64,000 bases of DNA, taken from positions 1,302,001 through 1,366,000 of the forward strand of contig CM120649.1 in NCBI GenBank assembly GCA_051362555.1. Reading direction: 5' to 3'. The notes beneath the pieces were generated by a model. That model made no database searches. It was not told the origin of the DNA and saw only the letters and a list, made by a program, of their open reading frames with translations. Position numbers and translations under genes: made by a program. Below, in pieces: positions 49,901-63,184 of this stretch (the first letter of the stretch is position 1; the number at the start of each line of letters is the position of its first letter). Origin of the DNA: Lingula anatina (lineage: Eukaryota; Animalia; Brachiopoda).

Positions 49901-52900
49901 AATTAATGACATTCTTAGAAAAACATTGTCGACGGTCCAACGTATTGAAGCTTTTTACAAGAGGCAATGATATTATCCCCTCAACTGATATGTTTATTTT
50001 CTGTGATTTTCAAAGGTCATTGTACCGTTATACCACACATGACGAACCTGTTCAACTCCTGCAATACTGACTACACATTTGAACGCCAAGACAGAGTTAA
50101 TTACCAGACAGGTAGGTACAAAATATTACTGAGGTATAGTAAGGTGATTATCAATCAAGTAGGTACAGAGGATTATCATATTGAGGGTAAAGGATGTTTA
50201 ATCCCATATTATAAGAAATTATCATAATATACACGTTTTGAAGAATCAACTGTATTATTAGTGATTATTAAATTAGTAGCCAAATTAGGCTAAATACCGA
50301 AAATAACTTTCTAGGGTGGGAAGCAGGCCTTAACGCTGGCGTGGATGCGTCCGCCACAGCATTTAACCACACATCTCCCAATGGCGACAAGGACCTCTGG
50401 GTATCTGGGTTGTTCAGCCTTTACGACGGCGGTGGATACGCCGTGGAAGTCAATTCCCTAGCGGAAGGAATCACGGTTCTGAACACGCTTCTGGCCAATA
50501 ACTGGATCGACCGCCTTACTAGGGTGGTCTTTGTGGAATTTACCATAAATAATATGAATGTGAATGTATTTTCAATGGTTCGAATCAAACTGGAACTGCC
50601 GGCCATCGGCGGGATATTCGTCACGAGGGAGCTCGTGAGTTTCCGGCCGTACCCGTATGTAAATCCGTTCGATTTCATCCTGTTGGTGATTCAAGTCATA
50701 TGGGCTATTGTGGTCTTCTACCTCCTCGTGAAGGAGAGCATTTCCATGTTCAAGAAAAGATCGAAGTACTTCAAAGTCCTGTGGAATTATGCAATACTGA
50801 TAGACTTGCTGTTCGCCGTGGCCAGCATGGTTTGCTTTGTCCTGAGAACCGTTTATGTCATCCGTTCCGTCGAAGATGTGAAAAATAATAATGGTAAGTT
50901 AAAGTCAGTCCGGAGACAGGCTTGATTGTTCACACGATTATTTGGTTTAATTTTAATCAGTTTTATCATATTATACTGTATATATGTTTCTATCATTTAT
51001 ATACCAATTTTGGTAGTATATGATGTCGCTATTAGGTATATTCCATGAATAACTGCGCCAGGTTATAAACATTCCATCTAAACTCTCTCTTTTGCACGCG
51101 GTATACACTGCCTTGATAGTGTAGGTTTCACGATGGCGTCTCACCATTTTAACTAATTACATGTATACCATAAACCTTAAGATCAGGTATCACAGTACAG
51201 TCATAAAGCATATATTAGTATATAAAGCAATATTACGCCATCCTTTTCTTTTCAGGTCATTTCGTTGGTTTCGATCTCGTAGCCAACTGGGATTTCGGGT
51301 ACTCTCTCACCATTGCCATAAGCCTGTTCGTGGCCACGTTACACCTCTTCCGACCCCTCTCCTTCCACAAGCTACTGTCTATCCTGAGCACAACCCTGAC
51401 CAGGTCATTCCTGGACCTTCTCTCCTACGCCGTGATTTTCATCATCTGTCTTTTCACGTTCGGACTGACGCTGATGGTTAACAGTGGAAGCGTTCTGGCA
51501 GCGTTCCGAGCCATTGCCTTCGCCATGTTTAATCTCTTCGGCGTCATGTTGGGGGTGTTGAAATACACCGACGTCATCACAGAGGAGACGTTCTTGTTGA
51601 AAGTGTTCTTCTTCATCTTTACAATGAGTATGAACTTCATGCTTCTCAATATGTTTATATCTATCATCAATGATACGCTGGCGGAGCTCAAGACTGATGA
51701 ATCCAAACAGGAGTACGATAAGGAACTGGCAGAGTACCTGTCTAACAAGATGAATTCTTGGGTGGATACCCTAATCAACAGGAAGAAGAAGAGTAAACTC
51801 TCCCGCAAAAAGCCTGGTAAGAGTATCTAAGTCTATTCGTTTCTGTTTGAGCATGTAAACAATACAGATGTTTTTCTTTCCGATAAGACTATTCACTGAG
51901 GTACCCCGGTACGTTTGGTCGCGCATATTTAACTTCCCTGTTCGAGAGTGCCATAGTTATAATTTCCCCGCCAGAAACCGCCCTTTTTTTAATATTTTTA
52001 AAAGAATCCGGTGAACTGTTTCTGGAGGAAGAAGCTGGAGAAATATACTGATAAAGACGTAACTCCGTGAATTTAGAAATTCCCACCTTCCATTTCTAGT
52101 AAGTTAGCCAACGCTCGACTCTACGGCGTCTCTAAGAAAGAAATAAAGTTACAAAAAAAAAAAAAAACCTTATGGTCTATCTGTTTCAATTGATTAAATT
52201 TTTTTCTATAACAGCGATCAATGACATACCCACAGTTGCTGTCACAACCCAAGAAACAAACGACAGCACAACCGCGCCACCTATCGACACTCAGCAGGTT
52301 CTGCTGGAAGTAGCTGGCGTTGAGGACAACACATCATGTGACAAGAGCAAAAATGCTCGGCGCCGTGTGGTGATCCGAAGTGCGACTGCGCAACAACACA
52401 TCATGTCCGCGGACACAAATGGCCAAGTTCCCAAGAAGAAGGTTAAGAAACGACCCGTGGACAGGGACATGGAGACGGCCATGGCCTTGGCCGAAAAGGT
52501 AATGAACAGCTATATTGATTTTTTTTCGTTTGATTTTTTTTCGTTTTTTTTCGGTTAGAAAAACCGGTCCATTATACATGGAATTCCCAAACTTGAAAAA
52601 TCGTGTTTATAAATGCATGAAAACGCGTTCATGTCAAATCTAGAAGGACGCATACTCGTGCAGCAAAGGCACGCATACGCACGCACACACGTGCTCACGG
52701 AAATTGCATGCATGCTGTATTTACCAAGGCTATAATCACTTCGATCTCTCCGACAAAAGAAAGGTTTAGATGAGCAATAATGCTGTTGTGGTTTAATTGT
52801 GTTATAAACGTGGGAACGAAGTAAAGCTAAACTAACTGTTCTTGCCGTTTCAGATGTCAGACAATTTTCTCAAAATCTTCAAAGTGTTTGCCGAAAGGGA

Positions 52901-53159
52901 TGAAGACATTGTTGACACCATATTAAGAGAATGTTTAGAAGAAGAACTAATGGACGAAATCAAAGGGGTATCAAAACCAAAGATGCCTGCTTCAAAGGAC
53001 AAAAACGCAAGCAATTCTCTCCAAGTGCCAGCTCCAAAACCAAAATCAAAATCAAAATCAAAGAAGCGCAAAGGAAAGTCAAAGAAGGGACAATCAGATC
53101 TCGCCGTCACGTGGGAAGTAAACGAGAACACTGGAGATGTTCCAGGACAGACACAGTAA
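35457..53159 (+). CDS. Polycystin-1-like (PKD1L family) protein, 22 coding exons, about 1984 aa
   Basis: Phase-consistent GT-AG exons: 35457-35517 (signal peptide MTVLMRCVVGAILLFACIYHG), 39620-40477, 40978-41060, 41306-41335, 41750-41884, 42288-42378, 42950-43047, 43598-43819, 44090-44561, 44918-45063, 45322-45555, 46174-46344, 46774-46928, 47311-48154, 48512-48617, 49043-49290, 49592-49766, 50016-50111, 50315-50893, 51256-51816, 52215-52498, 52854-53159. Signatures: FVPPNTIDF, WARRKDK, PLAT domain (FKRG...LGRLTHLHVWH...FLCDEWL), DDHLWFSV...TRVQRL, YDGGGY, NWIDRLTRVVFVEF, LNMFISII. Confidence 0.92.
35647..35714. repeat. Compound (GT)n(GA)n microsatellite
   Basis: Direct reading. Confidence 0.95.
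35751..39523 (+). mobile_element. Decayed Sola3-like DNA transposon inside the first coding intron of the PKD1L gene
   Basis: TTAA on both sides (35747-50 and 39524-27). Imperfect long TIRs: tgtccacgag...ggcaaggtggggg..cggattt versus aaatccg..cccccaccttgcc...ctcgtggaca. The right terminus is CTC-3'. Relic ORF from 36510 (MAEIADC.F...CG...L.NC.RDI.SH...E.TLIL.R ...MPLGSG|intron|IFEKC). Superfamily is inferred from GAG..CTC termini plus TTAA TSD. Confidence 0.65.
39823..40251 (+). repeat. 39-bp coding tandem repeat, 11 copies of N(G/S)SSGYPGESGYY
   Basis: Seen in exon 2 of the PKD1L gene; synonymous variation occurs between units. Confidence 0.95.
40661..40724. repeat. (AT)n microsatellite
   Basis: Direct reading. 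Confidence 0.95.
42580..42738. mobile_element. Short MITE (CAGGGGCGGAT...ATCCACCCCTG termini)
   Basis: Terminal inverted repeat caggggcggat / atccacccctg flanked by a direct cttag. A related, more decayed element lies at about 5760-6059. Confidence 0.65.
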
Positions 53160-53683
53160 CGAGAGAGAGAGAGAGAGAGAGAGATCTAGAGAGAGAGAGA
53201 GAGAGATAGAAAATCTGACAGAAACAACATTTTCATTTTCATCGCACGAGCTGGTACTTAACAATATCGGTAAAACGCTGTACTTCACGTTGTTTGAAAA
53301 TTTTAGGTAACATGGAAATATTACAACCATGCAACGCACACATCTCGCTCATTTATCCTGTACATGCAGTAGATCATCAGCTCTGTTCATGCATCGATTA
53401 CCAAATTCGTGATCAACATACTCATCATGCACTCACATCCGTAATAAATTACCTGCTGCTGCTCCAGTGCCCTCTACGGTCATTAGGCTTGGAAGGTGTA
53501 AACTGCCCTCACGACCGTCTCTTGTCATAGGTTCAACACAACTTATTCGTCTGGATGTTCTCATGCAGGACACGTCAAATAGAAAAGCACTTAAATTTGT
53601 TCTTTGGACTCGAAACTGCAGTCTGTCAGCTCCGATCTGCCACCTGTTGCCACAGTTGTTGATGTTGGAGGGATGACATCATA

Positions 53684-53845
53684 GACTGCATTCCCACAGA
53701 TTTAGATCGATCCATCTGGATCGACCTAACTCCCTGGGGGTTCACGCTAAACTGTCAGCCGAGCGCGCACTTTAGTTAATTACCCCCTTACAGCTTTTAG
53801 TAGGCGGGACAGACATTTAAGCCGGTTAAACGTGGGAATGCAGTC
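53684..53845. mobile_element. Tourist/PIF-like MITE, copy 1 (internally shortened)
   Basis: TIR gactgcattcccac / gtgggaatgcagtc with 3-bp TSD ATA; homologous to 61533-61747 in inverted orientation. Confidence 0.85.
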
Positions 53846-54836
53846 ATAGATCTCTGTAATGTTTCCCTGCGAGCGAACTGATGTTTGTGCCATATTATTT
53901 ATCCTGGAGCTAGCTCTTTTTTCAAGGCCCAAGAGTCACTGCCATGTAAAAGTATGATTTCTGCCCACATTAAAAATGAATTGTTTTCACCATAGTGGTA
54001 TCGGTTTTCAAAGCGTAAAATGGTGATTTCAAAGTGGCGGTCTTCTTCGTTTTACCGTAAAAAAAAAAAAAAAAAAAAACTGAGGAGCGGATTTATAATA
54101 CATTAAATTAAAATAATAACCGATTATTTATTTTACAATCTGAAATAATTTTTTATGCTACAATTACAACATATTGTGCTAATATGTCCAAACGCAGTGT
54201 ATATATATATACATGACGATTGTACGTTATAGTGGAATAAGACAACAATACCTATCAGTATTACTTCATTATATTATCTATACGTTTTGACTATAATAAA
54301 AGTAACCATGTGATAGAAAAGCTTGTGTTCATCTGCTTCCCGCTTTTTTGTTTTGATTATTGGTATAGGATGCGATATGCAAGGTACGATATAATCGACA
54401 TGTGAAAGTGCCCAAACCATAATGGAAAGATATCTTTATCGAGCACACCCTTTTAAAATACGACTAAAATGACATTCGCTTCTATTGCTAATTTACATCA
54501 GCGAATAAACTTAAGGGGCACCCATACGACTCTAGATACGACTCAGCCGCTTTATTATGTACAGAGTTCACATTTTATAAACATTTTATCATCGCGAAAT
54601 CAATACATATGCAGCTGTACAGTAACTTCAAATGATTTACATACGTATTGTTTTGCTATGTTAAGAGCTGATCATGAGGGTTTCTACGCATCAGATTAAG
54701 GTTTTTCAAATGCACTGCGGTACCGGAAAATATATTGAAATGATCACTTACATTTACAACAGTACAACTGATAACAAAACCGAATACAGAATTCCAGTGA
54801 AGTGAGGCTTGCTGTCAGTTTCATAAAGGAACTTAA

Positions 54837-55064
54837 GGCCAGAAATAGCGATTAATTTTCAGACCAAAAATTTAGTCCATTTTAGCACAAGCAAATCCCA
54901 AACTAGTCCTATCAAATGAACATTTCCTTCTGTTTTATTTCAAGAAGGACATGTCTACAGTTTCAGACCAATACTTACTTATTATTCATCTGAAATAAAT
55001 TTAAATCGAAATTGTAGTCGACTGGACTTTTTTTGGTCTACAAGTCAATACTAGATTTTGGGCC
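54837..55064. mobile_element. Possible MITE
   Basis: Loosely palindromic ends: ggccagaaat...agaccaaaaa..agtcca versus tggact...tttttggtct...attttgggcc. Confidence 0.45.
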
Positions 55065-55798
55065 TCAATACGAAACCGTGGTGTAAAAAAAAGTTTGTTC
55101 GTGTAATGGAGAGATCGGCCCTCACACAGGTTACAGTTAGCGTGACGTGAGTGGGTCTGGGTCAATATTTACCTGTACAAATCAATGATAACCGCGGGTC
55201 TAGTATCAACCGGGAACCGTCTCCTGCTCTCTCGATGGACTCAGGTCCCTGGTATTCGAGGCATCCCGATCTCGCAAAATCTCCCAAGGTGAGTTACCGG
55301 CTTCATCTGGAGGCTCTACCGTACCCACCAACGGGTTTCTTTGACCGCCTCTGTTGAGGAGGCGTTTACGTGTGTAGTTCATTATCACGCAAAAGTAGCG
55401 GAGTTTCTGAGAACTACTCTTCCCACAAACAGGGTTCAGATACCGCTATGGTTGAAAGGGCGTTTGCTCGTGATGGTGCTCAAGTGAGTTGCCCAAAAGT
55501 GGCACCGTGAGCGTAGTACCTTTTAGCAATATCTGATTTTTATGGATATTGTACCATACTTTTTTCCTTTAACCAACAACATGTAACATATCCAAAACCG
55601 TTGAAATTGCCGTTATTCCAACCATATGTTGCTATATAAAAATCTAAAAAGTATGATATGTCTTACAGTTGTGACGAGAAAATGTTTTATAGATATGTGA
55701 AGAGACACCACAAGATTATCACTGTTTTTCACACTTGATTGTAATTCGTTTACTGCATAATAACCATGGTAACTGTATGTATGCATGCCAGAAATACC

Positions 55799-55848
<50 letters not shown>

Positions 55849-55875
55849 TATTATTATTATTATTATTATTATTAT
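55799..55875. repeat. (AAT)n followed by (ATT)n, a palindromic trinucleotide microsatellite
   Basis: Direct reading; explains the poly-Ile ORFs on both strands. Confidence 0.95.
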
Positions 55876-57286
55876 ACGTAGTAAGCCTATCCTTATTACT
55901 ATCATCAATATAATGAAATCCTTTCTGAACCTGTCCTTAATCGCCTCCATTCATCAGTGCATTTCATTTTGTGCAGAAATTCCATCAAACGCCGTGTAGT
56001 ATTCATTTACTCTCTAGGGGGCAGGTTGACATTATCGAGGCTATTAACCTCCGTTTTATTTCCCTTACACCTTAAATTGGCCGAAAGACATATCATTTTA
56101 ATATCTGCACCAATTTATCGATTCCATTCCAGGCGCAGAATGCCCATTGAACACCGATGGGCACGTTCATACACATTTCGGTTTACGGTGATCAATTTTA
56201 TTGCAATCAAGCACGTGTCTGCACAGCAGGACGCCTGTAAACCTTTTGATTTCCTTAAAATAAGTCCAAGGCATTGCCTTTCGTTTTCCAATACGCTTTC
56301 GCTCGTCTTCTTTAATTGATGAAAATTGGCGACGGCATTTCGGTCGATGAAAGATCGTTCCACCTGCGTCTAATGGGAACGAATCCATTTACCGATTGAA
56401 TGGTTATGTGTCCATGTAAATGACTTCATGGGACATAAATGAGATACACAGTGGGAATGGTGAAATTGACTGACCATTGAATGATTTGGATGAGAGTCGT
56501 CGCAAACAAATTGCTTCTAGGAAAGCAACGAATTCACAAAATGCTCGTGACCTTGATAAAAAAATGTTAAGTTAATTAACAAACACGCGGTACACGTCCC
56601 TCTTTTAGTTACCTAGAATTATTTATCCAATGTATGTATCTGTTAATTCATCATCCCACACTTATCTGTTTATCTATTTATCTGTTCAATTTTATTTATT
56701 TATTTATTACATGTTTTTCCATTTTTCTTTTTTCTTGGGAGGGGGGGGGGCATTGGAGTATTTACCCTGGACAGTGAAACACTGCTTAACAAAATGTCTT
56801 CTCTCCCAGTAAGATGCGTTGTTTGATTTCGATCTTTTAACAGAGCATCTATCTCTCTAGTAAAATTCTCATTATTACCGTTGCTAATGAAATCAGGGAT
56901 TATAGAATGCGTTGGGCTCATCAGAGTTTACCTATCGCTAGATTTCACTCACAAAATGTGTACTCACATTGGAAATACTTTTTCTTCGTTTTTCGTCATT
57001 GGAATGGTTTCATGAAAAACGCAAATAAGACCAACGATCTGACAATTATCACTGGAGAGCTGCTGAAATTCGCTTAAGTACATGTAGTTTCGATAGACCC
57101 CAGTTCACTGTGTTATGAACATAAATATTCAAAATAAAACGTGTATAAAAGTTTTGTAAAAGGAATTCTTAGTTACATTTTATTCTTTTGAATTAAATTT
57201 CGATATATAATACTATTAACTTTTTCACATTCTCCAATCAACTTATGCTGTCACTTGGGAAACCTTCAGTTTTCAGCTACATGAGT

Positions 57287-58240
57287 TTAGCAGCACAATC
57301 TTCTTATTTTTCTAAATGTTTCAATAACACCGCGTCTAAAATCCACATAGATAAAAGCGTACAATATGGGGTTTCCTGAACTATTAATTAACAATAGAAA
57401 ATCCGCCACAATACACAGGGTCTCAAATCCACTTGGTTGTTCCGAACTGAAGTAAAATATGAACGTTTTTGTGTACGTTGGTAGCCAGCACAGTGCGAAT
57501 ACGACGGTCACAGTTACAGCCACGCACGTGAGTCTACGCCTTGCCTCATGCACGTGCAAATCCACGTGTGGTGACTTGTGGCTTTCTGATAATACAACAT
57601 GCGTGTGGTATAACTTACGAATCACCATTGCATACATGACTGTCATTGCAAGCAACGGCAGCGCGTAGCCGATGGCGAAAAACACAGTATAATACCCTCT
57701 CGCTGCTCTGTAGATGACCTCTTCTGTTCCTGATACGTGAGAGATAGTCCACGTGGAATTCTCCATTGATATTCCATAATTTGACGAATTTGTAAGATTA
57801 TGGGACTCTGTGCGTTTAACGGTCTCCGTGATCAGTACGGGGGTGTTAATCAAGAGCACCACACCCCATAGAACAACCACCGATATGACGGTGTTCATTT
57901 TGGTCTCCCATACACGAGATCGGAACACCAGCACTAAACTGAGGTACTTCTCCAACGCTATGAAAACCAGGGTGTAAACGCTGGCGTTCTCCGTGACGCT
58001 GATGATGTAATATTCCTGAGATGACGTCAGAAAGTTCAGGTGAAGCACGTATCCGATCCCACCCACTGTGATGAAGCACAGGTCGGCTACGGCGAGGTTG
58101 CCGATGAGAATGTTGGTGGTTCCTTTCATGGGCTTGCTGCAACAGACAACAGTTATCACGAGAACGTTGCCAATAAACCCCACAGTACACAGTAAAATCC
58201 AGATGATGAAAAATACCTGAGGATATTCCCACGTTGTCAT
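57287..58240 (-). CDS. Class A (rhodopsin-like) GPCR, allatostatin-A/galanin receptor-like, single coding exon, 317 aa
   Basis: TM1 GFIGNVLVI, TM2 TTNILIGNLAVADL, TM3 ASVYTLVFIALEKY, TM4 W, TM5 GYALPL..Y, TM6 FALCWLP, TM7 NSSGNPILY, helix 8 FRRG, terminal CC. A splice acceptor (ttttag) lies just upstream of the ATG. Confidence 0.9.
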   Translation of the reverse strand: MTTWEYPQVFFIIWILLCTVGFIGNVLVITVVCCSKPMKGTTNILIGNLAVADLCFITVGGIGYVLHLNFLTSSQEYYIISVTENASVYTLVFIALEKYLSLVLVFRSRVWETKMNTVISVVVLWGVVLLINTPVLITETVKRTESHNLTNSSNYGISMENSTWTISHVSGTEEVIYRAARGYYTVFFAIGYALPLLAMTVMYAMVIRKLYHTHVVLSESHKSPHVDLHVHEARRRLTCVAVTVTVVFALCWLPTYTKTFIFYFSSEQPSGFETLCIVADFLLLINSSGNPILYAFIYVDFRRGVIETFRKIRRLCC

Positions 58241-61200
58241 TATTCCATAGATCTAAAATCACAAATAAGTGAATGTCGTTGAATTTGCTGTTTTTATTAT
58301 CTTAAGTGATTCAAATATGGCGTTTGGTGTATTGTAAACCTCACTTCAAATGCCGTCGAGTGAGGGATCTCGCAGTTTTCGGAGTTGTCAGCAGGAATCT
58401 GTACGCGTAACTGTTTAATTTCAATTTTGAAAATCGCAATATTCAGGATTACGGTCTTACCCTTGGTGATATTTCATTTTTATGAAGAAATGGTCACCCA
58501 AGACGTTCGGTCTATCAGATTAAATGGCTCCAATTCACTTCTGCTTTTTTACCTTACCTCAAGTCTCTCTTGTATAGTGAAAATCCCCAGAAAATTCCAA
58601 CTTCGATATTTCTCCTGTACACTAGCCCACTCTATTGCCTCCTCTGATTTAAACGCAATCCAGCGATTACAAAAGAAAAAAAAAATAGTCCGTGCGTCAT
58701 TAACTCAGTTAATATCAATACCATGCACACGCCTTACGGTTTCCCCATGAGGGTGGCAGTGACCGAAAGCTGTCACCCCTAAGGTACCTTCAATGCATCA
58801 TCTTCGACCTTCGGGGATCGTATAAAGCCTGAACGGTTATTCCAAAAGACGAAACCGCTTATATAACCATGTGCATTACGCCATACCGCCGAAGTTGTCT
58901 AAATCGGTCTGTTTATACCAAGCTTAATGTTAGGATAGTAGTTTAAATATCAGTCTTCGAGTCTTGTCATTTCTATAAATACAGCAGCCATATGTGCAGA
59001 ATCCAACTCAGTGGCAGTATAACATCTATTAAAATTAAATATTCACGATGTCCGTCAGTGAAAATCGACTTCTACGGTTCTACAGCGCAAGACCCGCTTT
59101 TGACATTTTATTGACCGTGTTAAAGCTTACTTTAAACTTCAGAATACTCATCTTAATCCTAGTATTGGGAAACCTGAGCCTTAGCTGCTTTATCGAGAGT
59201 CAATCCACATATCCAAATTCCACGAAACGCACCGTTTCACCAAATGCCGTCTTTAAACCAAATGTTTTTTTCCGAACCGTGTAATCCAGCTTTCTCTGAT
59301 GTGCGTCTTATTTTCATCTTTCGCTAGACGCTTCAAAACGAAGCTGCTTTCTTTTACATAATATAACCATTAATTCTGTGTAGTGTATCTTGTCAAGAGC
59401 ACCGTTTCTGCATCATGGTTCTTTGATTCGAGATGTCTGTATAACTATCGCCCCGTATGTTTGTGCTCGAGCACTTCTTTCAACATAGTCACTCACCCTT
59501 TTGATCGAAGCAGACAGTCTTGTTGCTTGAGCTCTTACAAATAAGCCAAACCATCGAAATTGAATTCAACGGAAAATGGAAATGACGCGAGCATATTGCA
59601 CTAATTAACAGAGTAGAGATTAAACTATCCATGATTCCTTTCTGTCGTCTGCACTTTTACCGCAAAAGCATTACTAAGAAAATGCAGTTGTCCAATGTTG
59701 ATTCCAACACATTTCTAAACGATCTTTGGTTAACCATTGCACACGTGCCGGTGGGAGCAATATTGAACGAAATGGTGCGTATTGCACTACGAAATGTTGA
59801 AAAAATGAACCGCCGCCGCCCATAAATTATTTGAAAATTAATTCTGTTTGTTTGATGTATGGATTTTGCTTTCTCTCGTCATAAACACTGGGAAACCACA
59901 TCACGCAGCTCTTTGTTTATAATGACTAACTACAACATTTTTAATAGTTTATTATGAGCACATGACCTTTCGGAAAACAATAATTTCATGAAACATTACG
60001 TCGCCTGCTGCCCAGTTCTTAGACAATTTTTAAACTAAAATGTAGATCATTTGACAAAATGAAGGCGGTACTGTACGTAAATCCATAAATATGCGGTGAA
60101 TCACATTCAAGGATTGCCCTGGGCGTAAGCTAGAAGTCATTTCTGCAGCTTTCTGCACTATCTCGATGGACATTTAGAGACAGCTACTGAAGACTTAGCC
60201 AGCGTAGCGGGGAGAGCGTTCTAGTGCGGTGAGCTATGGGGATGTAAAACGAGCAACGATTTCACGAACCAATTTCAAACAATAATTTCGTCTAAACGTT
60301 TAGAACTAGACAGGGTGTAACTGCTTGAAATCAGGATAAATGTAATGAGGTACAGGTTGCCTCTATACTTTTGAGAGTGTAAGGAAACGAAGTCATTAAA
60401 TGTCGGATAACGGTTGACACTGTCAAAATGCTATCTACTGTGTTCTATCAAAATTGGATTTTAATGGACCCCACAAAGGACGTGTAGGTCTTATTGTTTT
60501 TTTTTTTTTTTTCAATTAAAATTAAATTAAATTCAAATTCAAACGGACAAACATATGCACACGTAAAATAACTCAAAAATAATTCAATATTGCCGCTTCT
60601 TTGAACTAATCATGTTTTAATGTTTATAATATCATGTTGTACGTAATGATTCTCTTCATTTATCTCTCTTTCTTTCTCACTCTTGACTAATGTAAATAAA
60701 TAAATAAACACACGCAAATGTTTAGATTATACAAAGTTAACTTTAATTACCACAGTATACAGACGGGTAGATGTCTTTTGCACCTACAGTTGAAATCTCA
60801 GCACCAATAAGAATTCCAATTCTTTGTAAGAAAAGCCATATGTACAGTTAAACGGTGGGCCACTGTAAAATACCCACAATCATCATCGTATACCCTTGTA
60901 TACATTTCATGCTGGTTTCAAAAACCATTTACATGCACGTACACCTCCATTGCAAATATAAACATACGGGTTACTACGACCTACTTATGTGACCTACTTT
61001 TACTAATAATACAGAAACAATATTGACGTAACCCTTGATTTTTGCGAGAATTAATTGGCACATCTGACTAGGCGTATGTGACACGCTTATTTGACCTTTT
61101 ATGTCCATAGCCAATAAAAAAACCGGTACACAATCACTACAAACACAGTTTGCTTTTTTGAAAATGTTTAAAAAAGCACCTTAACGCTCGTGTCCCGGTA

Positions 61201-61532
61201 TCTTCTCACGGGGTGTAATTGCATTGTACTCGTATCCATGTTAAAATACATTCTTTTCGCAATATAACAATAAAGTGCTCTTCCTATAACTTTCACGCAC
61301 GTTATGAGAGAGATTCAGCAGTTTAATGTTTCCATAAAATGGCGAGAAGTATATAGACAAGCTCTTTGACTTACTGGTAAGAACAAATTGTCGTGCATTT
61401 GCAAGTTTTGAGCACTTTTGGCAGTTTGAGTGTTCCTCGCTATGCAAAGAGGATATCAAAAGTATATAAGTGAGGTTAGATATAAATGTTGTACCTTGTT
61501 AATCACACTTCTCGTGTGCAAGGAGATTCTAA

Positions 61533-61747
61533 GACTGCATTCCCACAGATTTTAGATCGATCTATCCCCGTGGGGAGTCTCACTAGATTGCTGTAGTATT
61601 AGCCGGCTTAAATGGCTGTCCCGCCTACTAAAAGCTGCAAGGGGGTAATTAACTTTCGTGCGTGCTCGGATGACAGCAATTTAGCGTGAACCCCCAGGGA
61701 GTTAGGTCGATCCAGATGGATCGATCTAAATCTGTGGGAATGCAGTC
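61533..61747. mobile_element. Tourist/PIF-like MITE, copy 2
   Basis: TIRs of about 30 bp (gactgcattcccacagattt..agatcgatc) with TAA TSD on both sides. Confidence 0.9.
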
Positions 61748-63184
61748 TAAGGAACAAACGTAGTCAAGTTATTCCACATTGCATCCAAGTCCTTGATCTT
61801 TCTAACTTCTGTTTTTCGGCTTTACATACTTGTATGTACAAATACATTGTTGATCAATAGCATGCAAAAAAAAGTTAAAACGCACTCGTAAAAGTCACAA
61901 GAAAATGCTAGGGGCATATCATAACGCATTACCCTGAATATAAATAAAAAAACTGCCGAAAAATAATGGAAACTGTGCTACAATATCACATTCTGGTGAT
62001 AGTATTCAGCCGTTTCCCTCTGCCCTGTAATGCACGATATAAAAGTTTCAAAGACTGGTAGGGCAGAAAAAAAACACTATAATTTTAAGTGAACTGCCTG
62101 CTTTAGTGCCATCAGACAGCAGCAAACAGTTAAAATCTGCCAGATACGGTTACAGAGTACAGTACATGAGTGACTCAAGTCAAAATAATTATGATAAAAT
62201 AATCAGCCAATCAATTTTCACTGCCAGCAGAGAGCAAGACATAAAACTGAATTATAACATAAGACCACCTATGATATTCACTAGTTCCAGTCACATTAAA
62301 ATGAACTTCGTCGTCATTATGTATTTAGATTTCCTGACACCTTATATACATGTATATTGGAATCGTTCCAGGCGTCAAATGCGGCTTATCTCAGGTGGGA
62401 CTTCATAAATATATAAAAGGCGGCTGTCGCCGCTTAACTCGTGTGCGTTAAATGATATCGCTATTAAAACAAATACCAATATTGGTCTGTTGATAAGAAA
62501 CTACATTTCGAATTACCCAAATATTAAAAGAGTATAAGATGAATAAGGTTAATCTCGTTACTTTTGTATAAATACTTAAAAGCTGATGTATCCATGTGAA
62601 CACCCATTTCTGAAAAATTGTTAGTTTTTTTTTCTAAAAATTGTAAATGGTTTTCATTTTCAGACTGAAGATTCCTCAATGCAAAAAAGCACATGAGTAA
62701 CTGGTGCATTTGTATATCCTCAAAATATGAGAATGAAAAATAATTGATCACGTGTCGGTGGGTTATCTTGCTGTGACGTCATAACCTTATGCGACGTCAT
62801 GTTTTTAAATACTCTTTGGTATTGGCTTATCCTTTGGCACTGTAAAAGATACTACTTGACTAGAATGCTGAATTTGACCAAAATGGATAAATAAATAATA
62901 CATTAAAAGAGCAAAATTTCATTCAGCTTTTGATCGGGTTCAAATGTAGGTTGCAACTAAGGAACAATCAAATTTAATTCTGCGTTGCTTTTGCCAAAAC
63001 AGCAAATGAATCTCAAATGAATTTCAAATGCATGACTAGTTTCAAGGTTACAACTCGAAATAAATCCTCCAAAACCATCGGGTTCCTTCATTTAAATAAA
63101 TTACTAAATAAAAAGACAACCATCCTTTCGCTATTTTTAAGTGAAACAAGCACCTCGCGACGTAGCACGAATACAGGCCAGAGG

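Noticed and set aside
55110-55520. GC-richer island possibly a SINE or ncRNA
   Set aside because: No clear A/B boxes, cloverleaf, TSD or second copy within the window.
55750-55999. Poly-Ile ORFs on both strands
   Set aside because: Translation of the (AAT)n(ATT)n microsatellite.
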